A stretch of 64,000 bases of DNA, taken from assembly GCA_048940445.1 (NCBI GenBank), contig JBHLON010000014.1, forward strand, positions 1-64,000, in the 5' to 3' direction. How positions within the stretch are numbered: position 1 is the first letter of the stretch; each line of letters begins with the position of its first letter. This DNA is from Promethearchaeota archaeon (GTDB lineage Archaea > Asgardarchaeota > Lokiarchaeia > Sigyniarchaeales > SOKP01). Below, in pieces: positions 10,298 through 20,503 of the stretch. The notes under the pieces are model-generated. The model had not been told where the DNA came from and ran no database searches. It saw only the letters and a program-made list of their open reading frames with translations. The position numbers were made by a program, and so were the translations under genes.

Positions 10298-11005
10298 ATG
10301 ACAGACTCTTTATATATGGATGACTCTTACCTAAGAAGTTGGGATTCTAATATAGTCAGTGTGAAAGATGATAAATATATCGTACTTGATAAAACTGCAT
10401 TCTATCCCAAAGGAGGTGGTCAACCTTGGGATGAGGGATTCATAATTAAGGGAGATAAAAATTTTAGAGTTCTTTATGTTGGTAAAGTTTCTGGAGACAT
10501 TAGCCATGAAGTTGACAAGCCAGGATTGAACTTAGGAGATAAGGTGCATTGTGAATTGAATTGGGAACGAAGATACACTTTCATGCGATATCATACAGCT
10601 TCGCATTTGATTTCAAATATTTTATATAAAAGAGCTAATGCAAAAATTACCGGGAACCAAATCGAACTGGATAAAACAAGAATGGATTTCTCAATGGAGA
10701 ATTATTCACCTGAGAAGTTACGAAATTTCGTTGATGAAGCAAATAAGATTATTAAACAGAATCTGCCAATAACAATTGATTACATGTCAAGAGAAGAAGT
10801 GTTGCATAAACCAGAATTAGCAAGGTTAGCTATGGGATTACCTGAAAAAATTAAACAGTATAGGATAGTCAGGATCGGAGACATAGATGAGCAAGTAGAT
10901 GGTGGAACTCATGTCAATAATCTTAAAGAGATTGGTGAGATCGAAGTTACTAAAACTGTAAATAAGGGAAAAGATAACAGAAGAATCTATTTTATTCTTA
11001 ACTAA
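10298..11005 (+). CDS. alaXM: Alanyl-tRNA editing protein AlaX-M
   Basis: LYMDDSY, TAFYPKGGGQP.D, MRYHTASH, RMDF, DGGTHV. Confidence 0.9.
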   Translation: MTDSLYMDDSYLRSWDSNIVSVKDDKYIVLDKTAFYPKGGGQPWDEGFIIKGDKNFRVLYVGKVSGDISHEVDKPGLNLGDKVHCELNWERRYTFMRYHTASHLISNILYKRANAKITGNQIELDKTRMDFSMENYSPEKLRNFVDEANKIIKQNLPITIDYMSREEVLHKPELARLAMGLPEKIKQYRIVRIGDIDEQVDGGTHVNNLKEIGEIEVTKTVNKGKDNRRIYFILN

Positions 11006-11294
11006 CTAATATTTCTTAAATGAAATTTTTATTTAAATTCAGTGATTTAGTATTTCTTCTACATTAGAATTATTTTCAAGAATTTTTTTTATCTGAATTT
11101 TTAAGATGATGTTATTATTTGACTTTTATTTGGTAAACAATTTAAGATATTAAAAATGTTAACCAAAATATTAGTTTTAGTAAATATCCAGTTGTTTTCT
11201 GTAGTGTTTAATCTGTAAATGATCAAAAACCTTAATTATGAATTTATCTAATTATTATTTTATCTAATAACCTTACAATTACTTTATCCTTAAA

Positions 11295-13076
11295 ATGAGT
11301 GTGAACCAGAAAGAACCAAAGAAAAAAACTCCTAAAAAAGTAATTATATCATTAAAAAAACGTCCTGTTATTGTGTATGGAATAATCGCTGTTATGGCTA
11401 TAGCTGGTGTGATTGGTGGTATATATCTTTTTACTGCACTCCCTAATTATCCTAACTTAATTATTGGTACATATGATGGGATTATGGGATCTCTTGATCC
11501 TTTTGATAACAATAATCCAATGAATCATGACATTACAAGTCAAATTGCTGAAGGTTTATTTGATTATGCGACAGCAAGCGATCAGCTAATTCATAATTTA
11601 GCAATAAACCATACCTGGAGTAATGATTATTTAAACCTTACTTGTAATCTTAGACAAGGTGTTAAATTTCATGACGAAACTGCTTTAAATGCTGCATCAG
11701 TTAAATGGAATTTTGATCGAATATGTAATCTTATGGATCTTAATATAAGCACTAGTTTTGCTAATGATTTTTGGTTATTTCCTAAAGAAAAAAGACTGGA
11801 AAAGGATGGAATAAGAATTCTCAATGAAACGCAAATTATAAATGATTATACGATTCGTTTTATACTAAACAAACCTTATACTCCATTTCTTGATTTATTG
11901 GCTTCTATATATGCATATATATATTCCCCAACATGTACTCCTTATGATGATTTTATTCCAATGGGTGGCATAATTGGAACAGGCCCTTTTATTTATGAAG
12001 TTTATATACAGCATGAAAAAATTATATTATCCTCTAATCCATCCTATTGGAGGGGACAACCTAAAATAAATAAATTAATTTTTCTAACTCTTAATAAGAC
12101 TGCTCGCTATGAAGCTTTATTAACAGGAGAAATTTCAATGCTTTGTGGTTATGATCATCGATATGATGCTACATCTGATTCTATTTATTATGATGATTCC
12201 ATTGATGTAGATTCATTCTTTAATCACCCTTCTGTTATCATTCAAGAAGGTCCACCCTTGTTCCAATTTACTTATCTAATCATGAACAATGAATTGATTA
12301 ATGTAACTATGAGAAAAGCAATTTCTTATGCTCTTAATTATTCATTAATCATTAACGAAATTATCAATGGACATGGAATAAGAGCGAAATCTCCAATCTC
12401 AGAGGGGATGCGATACTCAAACTTAACGGATATAAACTATCCTTACTATAATGTCTCCAAAGCAAGGCACGTTTTGAAAGATGCAGGATTGCATGGAACG
12501 AATAATTTGACTGCAAATGATAATGTAACTTCTGGAAATGAATGGGAAGTAAAGGCAAATAGTTTAACTCCTCTAGCGACCTATAATTTTACTCTCATAG
12601 AAAATGAAGGTTCTTTCTTACACACAATTTCTTTTCCGTTTCTGGTAAATGATCTTAAACAAATAGGAATTAAATTAGAACCAGCTATAATTTCTTGGGC
12701 AGAATTTAAATCTATTATTCGTGAAACAAGTGGTTATCATTTAAACATGATCAATTTTTTATTATTAGATACTAACGGTCCAAAATTGAATGATCCATCC
12801 ACTATAATCCAAGATTTATTCTTAAGTGGAGGTTTTGACAATATTGGTCAAGTTAATGACACTGCAACTCAGGATTTAATGGAGCTTGCTCTAGCAGAAC
12901 ATGATGAGAAAATAAGATCACAAATTTATTATGATATTCAAAAACATCTTGTTGAAGAAGTTTTTCCATCTTGCTACCTTTATCGGAAAAATTATTTAAG
13001 TATTTTCCGGTCTAACCTTAAAGGATGGCAAGTCCACCAGTTCAAGTCAAATTACAAGGATATTTTTTTTTACTAA
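11295..13076 (+). CDS. Family-5 (OppA/DppA-like) solute-binding protein, membrane-anchored, copy 1
   Basis: LRQGVKFHD..LNA..VKWNFDR, GTGPF, NP.YW, RKAISYA; basic N-terminus plus TM; many N-x-S/T sequons. Confidence 0.9.
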   Translation: MSVNQKEPKKKTPKKVIISLKKRPVIVYGIIAVMAIAGVIGGIYLFTALPNYPNLIIGTYDGIMGSLDPFDNNNPMNHDITSQIAEGLFDYATASDQLIHNLAINHTWSNDYLNLTCNLRQGVKFHDETALNAASVKWNFDRICNLMDLNISTSFANDFWLFPKEKRLEKDGIRILNETQIINDYTIRFILNKPYTPFLDLLASIYAYIYSPTCTPYDDFIPMGGIIGTGPFIYEVYIQHEKIILSSNPSYWRGQPKINKLIFLTLNKTARYEALLTGEISMLCGYDHRYDATSDSIYYDDSIDVDSFFNHPSVIIQEGPPLFQFTYLIMNNELINVTMRKAISYALNYSLIINEIINGHGIRAKSPISEGMRYSNLTDINYPYYNVSKARHVLKDAGLHGTNNLTANDNVTSGNEWEVKANSLTPLATYNFTLIENEGSFLHTISFPFLVNDLKQIGIKLEPAIISWAEFKSIIRETSGYHLNMINFLLLDTNGPKLNDPSTIIQDLFLSGGFDNIGQVNDTATQDLMELALAEHDEKIRSQIYYDIQKHLVEEVFPSCYLYRKNYLSIFRSNLKGWQVHQFKSNYKDIFFY

Positions 13077-14074
13077 TAATAATTCTTAAGATCTAACTTC
13101 AAAAAAAGTCCATTTGAGTTATTAATTAAAAGGTTGAAGTTCCCTTCTGCAGGATAATCATAAGATCTTAAATAATAAATATCTAGACCTGATGCAGGAA
13201 AATCTTCAAATCCTTCAACCTCATCGAGAGCTCGAGGAAAACCAAGATCATTTGCATTGTAATATAATACAAAATATGCGCCCACATCTAGGTTATCATC
13301 GTCATACTTAAAGCGAATATTTCCAATTTTATGAGAAATAATCCCTGAGATATTGGCATCCATGCCATTATGTTGAAAAATATCAATAAATATATCACCC
13401 TCCACAGCAGAAAGAAGTAAAGAAATATTTTGAATAGGTTGTAAGTTATAGGACTTAAAAAATAAATCTCCTTCATCTTGAATGATTCCAGTAATATTGC
13501 CTTTCAAAATACAATATGAAAAATCAAATTGAATATCACCTTTAGAAAGCTTAACTATTATATTTTCCACAGAAATCCCAAACGGAACAATTATCTGAGT
13601 ATCTCCTTGATCTTTAACTCTAATATCAATATCACAAATCGTATTTGCACTGATAAAAATTAAGACTTGAATGTTTTTGATCAAGGATAATACCTCTAAT
13701 AGGCTTATTTCTGGCTTGATTCTCATTGTAAAATTTACACACTCACTTATATTTTGCCAGTTAAAGTCAAAATAGTCTAAATATGACTTTCCTGCTAAAT
13801 CTAAACCAATCATTTCAATATTAATATCTAATTTCGCAAAATAATTAACTGGAGTTGTGATATATTCTAATTTAACATCTCCTATATCAATACCAATGCT
13901 TAGTTCTTCCATATTTGAGGGACTGCTAGGATTATATAAATATTGTAGCCTTTCGCTTATTTTACCTGAAGATGCAAGACTAGTTGAAAGAATAAAAATC
14001 GGTACCGAAAAAATGATGCTGAAGCTAAATATTATTCCTATAATTATATCTCTTATAGCTTTAGTTCGCATCAA
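13073..14074 (-). CDS. Membrane-anchored beta-solenoid protein (DUF4097-like), partner copy 1
   Basis: N-terminal TM; repeated I.I...GDI.I units; clear paralog of 17795-18796 and 28375-29427. Confidence 0.65.
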   Translation of the reverse strand: MMRTKAIRDIIIGIIFSFSIIFSVPIFILSTSLASSGKISERLQYLYNPSSPSNMEELSIGIDIGDVKLEYITTPVNYFAKLDINIEMIGLDLAGKSYLDYFDFNWQNISECVNFTMRIKPEISLLEVLSLIKNIQVLIFISANTICDIDIRVKDQGDTQIIVPFGISVENIIVKLSKGDIQFDFSYCILKGNITGIIQDEGDLFFKSYNLQPIQNISLLLSAVEGDIFIDIFQHNGMDANISGIISHKIGNIRFKYDDDNLDVGAYFVLYYNANDLGFPRALDEVEGFEDFPASGLDIYYLRSYDYPAEGNFNLLINNSNGLFLKLDLKNYY

Positions 14075-14178
14075 TAGTTCTATCCATTAATAAGATAAAG
14101 AAATTAAAATTCAAAGTATGATATAGGGAAGAAAATTATTTAAATCAAACCTTTAGGTAGTAATTAAGTTTAATAATA

Positions 14179-14203
14179 TTCGAATTTTGGGTGAAGTCTC
14201 GAA
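14179..14203. promoter_or_regulatory. Palindromic operator copy
   Basis: TTCGAATTTT-GGGTG-AAGTCTCGAA. Confidence 0.7.
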
Positions 14204-14276
14204 GTCAAATTTTTGATCCACTGTAGAAGACAAACTTTTCTATTAAAGGTAATCAGTTGTTTTGAGGGACAAAATA

Positions 14277-14301
14277 TTCGGACTTTGTGTAAAGTTTCGA
14301 A
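14277..14301. promoter_or_regulatory. Palindromic operator copy
   Basis: TTCGGACTTT-GTGTA-AAGTTTCGAA followed by gctaattctaaaaat. Confidence 0.75.
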
Positions 14302-14419
14302 GCTAATTCTAAAAATCAATTGGTGTGATAAATACTATTTGGCACCAATTTAGTAAATAAAATTGCTGCTATAACCAATTTAAGTAAAAAAACAAACACG
14401 GAAAAAAGGTTTTAAAAAA

Positions 14420-15733
14420 ATGAAATTGAAAACAAAATCAGGCTTAGTCATCGGAATTTTTACAATATTAATGATATTTGGAGTTTTCACGTTGATAATC
14501 GGACCAGTCAATGCTAATTCGCCTACTTTTATTGTATCTCCATCAGGTGGAGATGATACCGCAAACATCCAAGCAGCATTTGATGACGCTATTGCTGCGG
14601 GTCCAGGAAGCACAGTTCAATTAACTTCAGGACAATTTTACACGAACGCTATTTTTGTTGAGGGTTTTTGTGGCACGTTTAAGGGGACAAGTAAAAGTCT
14701 TACCAAAATTGATGTTCTTAAAGGTTTGGATGACACATTAGAAGGAGTAGTTGGTCCTGAGGGCCCATATTTATTTACTTTCGCAGGGGGAGATGTATAC
14801 ATCTCAGATTTAATTTTTGATATTACACCTTATATGCCTGCTGAACCATGGGAGGATCCAGAATACCCATCATACGATTTGGTATCAATTATTTTACTAA
14901 CAGGTGAAACTAATTCCTGGATCGAAAATGTTAAATATATTGGACATGAAGGTACTCTAGTTAATCCATTAGGAGTAGGTTTTAATGTTAGAGTAGGAGT
15001 TGAATATCACTTTGGAACAGGAAATCACATTATTACTATGTGTGATTTTGACTCGATATGGGGAGCCATTTCAGCATATGGATTAATGAATGTGCAAATG
15101 AAAATTTCTTCAAATTCAATTAAAGGAGGAAATTTTGGAGTGATTAATATGGATAATATCAATTCAAAATTTGAGATTAAATATAATGATATTGAGACCA
15201 TGTTTATATATGGTATATGGGTATGGCAAGCAGGTATTATAGTTCCACCCTCCCTCTCGCAGTGGAAAATTACTCACAACACAATAAGGGTTTCTTCTTC
15301 TGCAGATGGTATAGGTTTAATGGACTATTCATCAATCAAATCTCTCGAAGTGGTTGTCTCACATAATAAAATTGTTTTAGATGATACTGAATGGGGTGGA
15401 ATTTGGATAGAAGGGTTGCAGGATGCTTTTATTTCCAATAACATTATTCGAGGTACAGGAGCTTATGGTATTGGGTCTGCTTTTCCCTATAATAATATGA
15501 TACTCGGTAATAATGTTCAAGATGTTGTTGCCTCTTGGGCTCCTATTTTCTTGTATGGGGCAAGTGAATGCGTGGTTGTGGGAGGTTCTACGAAAACCAA
15601 CGTGGCAGATATTGATGGTTATAACAATATAATTGTTGGATGTAATAATATGCAAATTAATTCGTTAGGTCCAGAAATCAAAGAAGCGATGGAACTGAAG
15701 AGAGAAATTATTCAATCTTTCCCTGAATTTTAA
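14420..15733 (+). CDS. Secreted right-handed beta-helix (pectate-lyase-like) protein
   Basis: Signal peptide; DDTANIQAAFD...V.L..G start typical of Pectate_lyase_3-like proteins; ISNN.I..GI repeats. Confidence 0.75.
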   Translation: MKLKTKSGLVIGIFTILMIFGVFTLIIGPVNANSPTFIVSPSGGDDTANIQAAFDDAIAAGPGSTVQLTSGQFYTNAIFVEGFCGTFKGTSKSLTKIDVLKGLDDTLEGVVGPEGPYLFTFAGGDVYISDLIFDITPYMPAEPWEDPEYPSYDLVSIILLTGETNSWIENVKYIGHEGTLVNPLGVGFNVRVGVEYHFGTGNHIITMCDFDSIWGAISAYGLMNVQMKISSNSIKGGNFGVINMDNINSKFEIKYNDIETMFIYGIWVWQAGIIVPPSLSQWKITHNTIRVSSSADGIGLMDYSSIKSLEVVVSHNKIVLDDTEWGGIWIEGLQDAFISNNIIRGTGAYGIGSAFPYNNMILGNNVQDVVASWAPIFLYGASECVVVGGSTKTNVADIDGYNNIIVGCNNMQINSLGPEIKEAMELKREIIQSFPEF

Positions 15734-15757
15734 CAGAAACTATTTTCCTTTCCATAT

Positions 15758-15820
15758 AAAATAGAAAATGGAGGATTAATGACAACTTATTCCTCCGATT
15801 CTATTTCTTTTTTTTTTTTT
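15758..15820 (+). terminator. Conserved GGAGGA/TCCTCC hairpin plus poly-T
   Basis: atagaaaatGGAGGA...TCCTCCgattctat then a long T run. Confidence 0.65.
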
Positions 15821-15964
15821 AATATTCTTTAGGTTAAAATAATGGTTTTGAAAGTTTTAATTATTAGAAGATCAAAAGTTTTAATTACGAAATTGTCTAA
15901 TTTTAACTTTATACTGTTATCGTGAAATCAATTTGATCAATTTTGATTGTTAAAAATAGATTAG

Positions 15965-17746
15965 TTGAGAGTTAAAATGTCATCAAAGAATAAAGGTTCA
16001 ATGAAAAAACCTCCCAAAAAGAAAATTAAAGTATTTAAAAAAAACCGAATTGTAATTTTTGGAATAGTGGGTTGCATAGCGTTAGCAGGAATTATTGGTG
16101 GAATAACAATCTTTTTATATTCACCAGAGGAAAAAATTTTATATATATCCTTTACAGATTTAGCTGTATGTACTTTAGGGATTGACCCACTTATAACTTG
16201 GGTACCAGCTGATTACGAGATAATTAATCAAGTTGCTGAAGGTTTATTTACGCATGATTCAGCTAATCAACAATCCCAAATAATTTATAACCTTGCCATA
16301 AATTATTCAAGGAATGAGGATGCTACAGAGTATATTTTTGAACTGAGACAAGGTGTTCAATTCCATGATGGAACACCATTTAATGCACCAGCGGTTCAAT
16401 GGAATATTGATAGAATATACACTTTAATTGCAAACGGTAAAATGCACTATACTTCAAAACAATTCTGGTTATTTTCCGATGGGACATGGATTATAAATCA
16501 TACTGAAATCATTAATGATTATAATATAAAGTTCATATTAAACAAGCCCTATATCCCCCTTACTGCATTATTAGCCTCTGTTAATGCATTCATGGTCTCA
16601 CCTACTTCAACTTCTCAAAATGATTTTATTTCACCAACAGAAATTTTAATCGGAACTGGTCCTTTTTTATTTGGTGTTTGGAATAAAAATCATAGCCTAG
16701 TACTCTCTTCCAATCCAAATTATTGGGGTGGTAAACCTCAGATTGATAAATTGATATTCAAGATTTATCCAACTCCAGAAGATAAATTCGAAGCATTACT
16801 TTCTGGAGAACTTTCAATGTTAAGTGGTTACAACGAATTACATAGTCATGCTCATTATTTGGATTCCCTCGGAATTTATGATAATGATGTCCTAGACACT
16901 TTTATAAACAATCCTGATGTAATAGTAGAAGAAGACCCTTCAGCGCCATTTTTTGATTACTTACTAATGAACAACGAATTAATTAATGTAACTATGAGAA
17001 AAGCAATATCTTATGCTTGTAATTACTCTGCTTATATAGATAAGTGGTTAAGTGGTCATGGAATAAGACTTAGATCTCCTATTCCAGAAGGTGTTTTATA
17101 CTCAAACACAACTAGTATTGAAGTTCCTTATTATAATATTTCAATAGCACGACAAACTCTAAAAGATGTTAATTGGAGCGGAGTTGCCGGGGCTTTGACT
17201 GCTGATGATAACGTTTCTGCAGGTAATCAATGGGAAAAATTAGTAGATGATGGAAAACCTTTAGAGACATATAATTTTACATACATAAGTGGTATGTTAA
17301 ATGGGATTGTCTTTTTAAATATAGTAACAGAAGATCTAAAGCAAATTGGAGTAAAGGTAGAAGGCGTTAGCATTACACTTGGAGAATATAATGAAATCTT
17401 TCACGAAAACTTAAATAGGGTTGAACTTTCACATATGGGTTATATTACGAGATTTAATGATCCTTGCAGTATTGTGAATATTTTATGTTCAAATAAAGCT
17501 TTAGATTTAAATTATTGTCAGGTTAATGATAATTCAACCCAAGATTTAATTGAACTTGCTCTAGCAGAAACTAATGAGGCTATAAGAGAACATTATTACT
17601 ATCAAATTCAAAGACGTTTAATTGAAAAAATATTCCCAATGTGTTACCTTTTTGAAAGAAATTTTTTTAGGATTTATAGATCCAATTTAAAAGGATTTGA
17701 GATTAACTATTTTAATCCTGTATACAAAGATATTCACTTTATCTAA
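15965..17746 (+). CDS. Family-5 solute-binding protein, copy 2
   Basis: LRQGVQFHDGTPFNA, GTGPF, RKAISYA; paralog of copies 1 and 3. Confidence 0.9.
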   Translation: MRVKMSSKNKGSMKKPPKKKIKVFKKNRIVIFGIVGCIALAGIIGGITIFLYSPEEKILYISFTDLAVCTLGIDPLITWVPADYEIINQVAEGLFTHDSANQQSQIIYNLAINYSRNEDATEYIFELRQGVQFHDGTPFNAPAVQWNIDRIYTLIANGKMHYTSKQFWLFSDGTWIINHTEIINDYNIKFILNKPYIPLTALLASVNAFMVSPTSTSQNDFISPTEILIGTGPFLFGVWNKNHSLVLSSNPNYWGGKPQIDKLIFKIYPTPEDKFEALLSGELSMLSGYNELHSHAHYLDSLGIYDNDVLDTFINNPDVIVEEDPSAPFFDYLLMNNELINVTMRKAISYACNYSAYIDKWLSGHGIRLRSPIPEGVLYSNTTSIEVPYYNISIARQTLKDVNWSGVAGALTADDNVSAGNQWEKLVDDGKPLETYNFTYISGMLNGIVFLNIVTEDLKQIGVKVEGVSITLGEYNEIFHENLNRVELSHMGYITRFNDPCSIVNILCSNKALDLNYCQVNDNSTQDLIELALAETNEAIREHYYYQIQRRLIEKIFPMCYLFERNFFRIYRSNLKGFEINYFNPVYKDIHFI

Positions 17747-17794
17747 CATATCTTAATAATCTTTCTATAAAATCAAATAAAATTAGAGCATTCT

Positions 17795-18796
17795 CTATGT
17801 GTTTTGGAGTTCTAACTCTTCATACATACCAATTGGAAAATTAAACAACAAATTATAATTATATTGTGCGGGATAATCATCGGAAGTCAAATGATAGACA
17901 TCTGTCCCATTTACTGTTGTCACATAATATGCAAAACCTACAAGTTCAGCAATTTTTTGATTAATAGCATAATCATCTGGGTGTACATATAATATAAAAT
18001 ATGCTCCAACTTCATCTGTATTGTCTATATAAGTTAATCGATAATTACCAGTAATTATTGTGATATTACCAATTATGTTAGCATTTGTAGCTTTAGTTTG
18101 AGAGATTTCAATATGGATATTACCCTTTTTAGTATAAAGCGTCCATGTACTATTTTGCGTGTATTTTATATCATAGTTTTTCATCTCAAGATCTCCTCTG
18201 TCATTGATAATAGCACTAATATTACCTTCTAAGAGACAGTAGAAAAAGTTATATTTGATATTACCTCTTGAAACATTAGCTTCTATATTCCCCACTGAAA
18301 CACCATATGGAACAGATATACGAGCACCTCCTTTAATGCTAACTCTGATATCAATATCATAAATTACATCTGCTTTTAGAGCTATATTTACATCAATACT
18401 CTTTATTAGGGATAGAATTTTAACTTTGTCTATACCTGTTTTTAAATTCATGGTGAAGTATAAAAGACTACTTGTATTCTGCCAAGCAATATTGAAATAA
18501 TCTAAATATGATTTTCCAGCTAAACTTTGGCCATTCATTTCAATACTTATATCTATTTTCGCATAATAACTAACTGGGTCAGTTATATATTCTATTTCAA
18601 CTTCCCCTATATCAATATCAATATTTAATCCATTCGAAAATGTAGGGGTGCTAGGATTATAATAGAACTGAATTGATTTATAAATGTTGCCAAAAGATGA
18701 GAGAGCTGTTGAAATAATAACGATAGGTATAGAAAAAATGATACTCAAACAAAATATAATCAATATAATAACAGTTTTAATAGCTTTATATGCCAT
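17795..18796 (-). CDS. Membrane-anchored beta-solenoid protein, partner copy 2
   Basis: Shares YNPS.P, IDIG.V..EYIT.PV.Y.AK.DI.IEM.G..LAGKSYLDYF and VP.G.SV.NI with copy 1. Confidence 0.65.
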   Translation of the reverse strand: MAYKAIKTVIILIIFCLSIIFSIPIVIISTALSSFGNIYKSIQFYYNPSTPTFSNGLNIDIDIGEVEIEYITDPVSYYAKIDISIEMNGQSLAGKSYLDYFNIAWQNTSSLLYFTMNLKTGIDKVKILSLIKSIDVNIALKADVIYDIDIRVSIKGGARISVPYGVSVGNIEANVSRGNIKYNFFYCLLEGNISAIINDRGDLEMKNYDIKYTQNSTWTLYTKKGNIHIEISQTKATNANIIGNITIITGNYRLTYIDNTDEVGAYFILYVHPDDYAINQKIAELVGFAYYVTTVNGTDVYHLTSDDYPAQYNYNLLFNFPIGMYEELELQNT

Positions 18797-19031
18797 CTTT
18801 TAATTTATACAAGGAGTATTAAATTTTTCCTAAGTAATTTATATAAAAGGATTAAATTTAAATTAATTCCTCGAAATAACAAGTTAGAAGTTAAAGTTTA
18901 AGAGCGAAATTTTTTTATATATCCAATATGAGCTAATTATTAAAAAAATTTCATGTTTGTTTAGGTGATTCCACATAATTTTCTTTATTACATTTGATCC
19001 TTTAGAACGTTTTTTTTCGTCTATTGCAATA

Positions 19032-19985
19032 GTGGTATTAATTTTTTGTTGTATATTTTACATTTCTCAGGGGCGTAAAAAAGAGATCCTACATGAAAAA
19101 ATATTGATGTATAGTTTTGCAAGTTTTTGGCTTAGTATTTCTTTAGCAAGAATATTTTATTATTTTTCTGATATATTTTTAGAAGGGACTTATTCAGGTG
19201 ATTTAAGCACACTTATTCTAACATATAATGTACTTAATTACATTTTTCTTTACTTTTATCTATATTCTCATATTTATATCTTAATTAGTATAATTATATT
19301 AAGTATTATGTTTATATGGTTTTCAATAAAGTCAAAAAAAGAATTCCAGTTAGTATCATCAGTAGTAGCCATTGGATTTACTATAGTTTTGATTGGATGG
19401 GTTTTTGAGACAATAGCATTAAAGCAATTAAATCTTATATCTCCAGTATTACCTTCAATTTTTATAATAGTGGGAACTATAACCGCAACAATTCCTCTAA
19501 TTGCAAATATTGAGTTCTTTTCAAGCAAATTAATTAATTGGTTAGTTTTAATTTCAATTATTCTGATCTTACTATTTTTTAGTTTAACCATTTTCACCAA
19601 TCTCCCACTAGTTCTTTTGAGTCAAATAATAATTTTAATTTCAACCTCTGTTTTAATTGTGGTGATCATTTATGTGACAATTTACATAATTAAGAGAACT
19701 AAAGTGTCAGAAGTTCAAGAAATAGTTCCAAAGGAGGAGCTTAAAGACTTTTTGAAGACTTTTATGAAACCCACTACTATTACTATCGAGGAAATTCAAT
19801 TATATAAAGAGAAAGGATTATGTTTAGTGTGCAAAAGTAAAGTTACACGGTTAAATTATATTTGTCCCAAATGCAATGCATTATATTGTTTAAAATGCTC
19901 AAGAGCATTAACTAATTTAGAAAATGGTTGCTGGGTCTGCGAGACCCCCTTTGATGAATCCAAACCTATGAAAATTTCTAAATAA
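19032..19985 (+). CDS. Multi-pass membrane protein with C-terminal C4C4 RING-like domain
   Basis: About 7 hydrophobic segments; C-x2-C-x10-C-x2-C-x4-C-x2-C-x10-C-x2-C at 19821-19940. The frame is open from 18969, so the start may be earlier. Confidence 0.75.
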   Translation: MVLIFCCIFYISQGRKKEILHEKILMYSFASFWLSISLARIFYYFSDIFLEGTYSGDLSTLILTYNVLNYIFLYFYLYSHIYILISIIILSIMFIWFSIKSKKEFQLVSSVVAIGFTIVLIGWVFETIALKQLNLISPVLPSIFIIVGTITATIPLIANIEFFSSKLINWLVLISIILILLFFSLTIFTNLPLVLLSQIIILISTSVLIVVIIYVTIYIIKRTKVSEVQEIVPKEELKDFLKTFMKPTTITIEEIQLYKEKGLCLVCKSKVTRLNYICPKCNALYCLKCSRALTNLENGCWVCETPFDESKPMKISK

Positions 19986-20010
19986 AATAATTAATAGAAA
20001 GGTAAAGTTT

Positions 20011-20220
20011 ATGATTGAATTATTGATATTACTGCTTATAATATTTTTGGCAATTCCTTATATTATATTATCTTTTATAACATTCTGGGTATATAAAGAT
20101 GCAAAAAAAAGAGATATGAATGTATTTGCTTGGATTTTGGTGATTTGGTTAATCCCCTTCTTTATTGGTTTAGTCATTTATTTAAAAATTAGAATACAAT
20201 ATTCTGTCACTAGGTTTTAA
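20011..20220 (+). CDS. Small two-TM membrane protein (PLDc_N-like)
   Basis: WVYKDAKKR.M...W...I..IP..GL.IYL pattern. Confidence 0.65.
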   Translation: MIELLILLLIIFLAIPYIILSFITFWVYKDAKKRDMNVFAWILVIWLIPFFIGLVIYLKIRIQYSVTRF

Positions 20221-20503
20221 TATTGTTATATTTTCCAAATTTCTTTCAAAGTCAACTTATTTATATTCTTTAGAATCCTGTTCAATAGAAAATTTTAAAA
20301 TTTTATCATTCGGAGGGCGACATTCTGGAATTTTTTTTGCTTCAATGTTCAAAAATCTTAACTCTTGACTCTTATCATTATGGACTTTGTTTTTTTTACT
20401 CAGCTCAATACACTCAAAATTTCAGTTAAAAATATACTTATATTAATTAATGTTAATATCTATAATAAAATTAATTACAATTATGTAAGGAATATTAATT
20501 TCG

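Noticed and set aside
14179-14301. Two similar 25-mers about 100 bp apart as a CRISPR or MITE
   Set aside because: Only two degenerate copies, no regular spacers, no cas or transposase genes, no target-site duplications; better explained as operators.
18866-18900. Possible degenerate operator upstream of the membrane RING gene
   Set aside because: Too many mismatches to call by eye; needs a PWM score.
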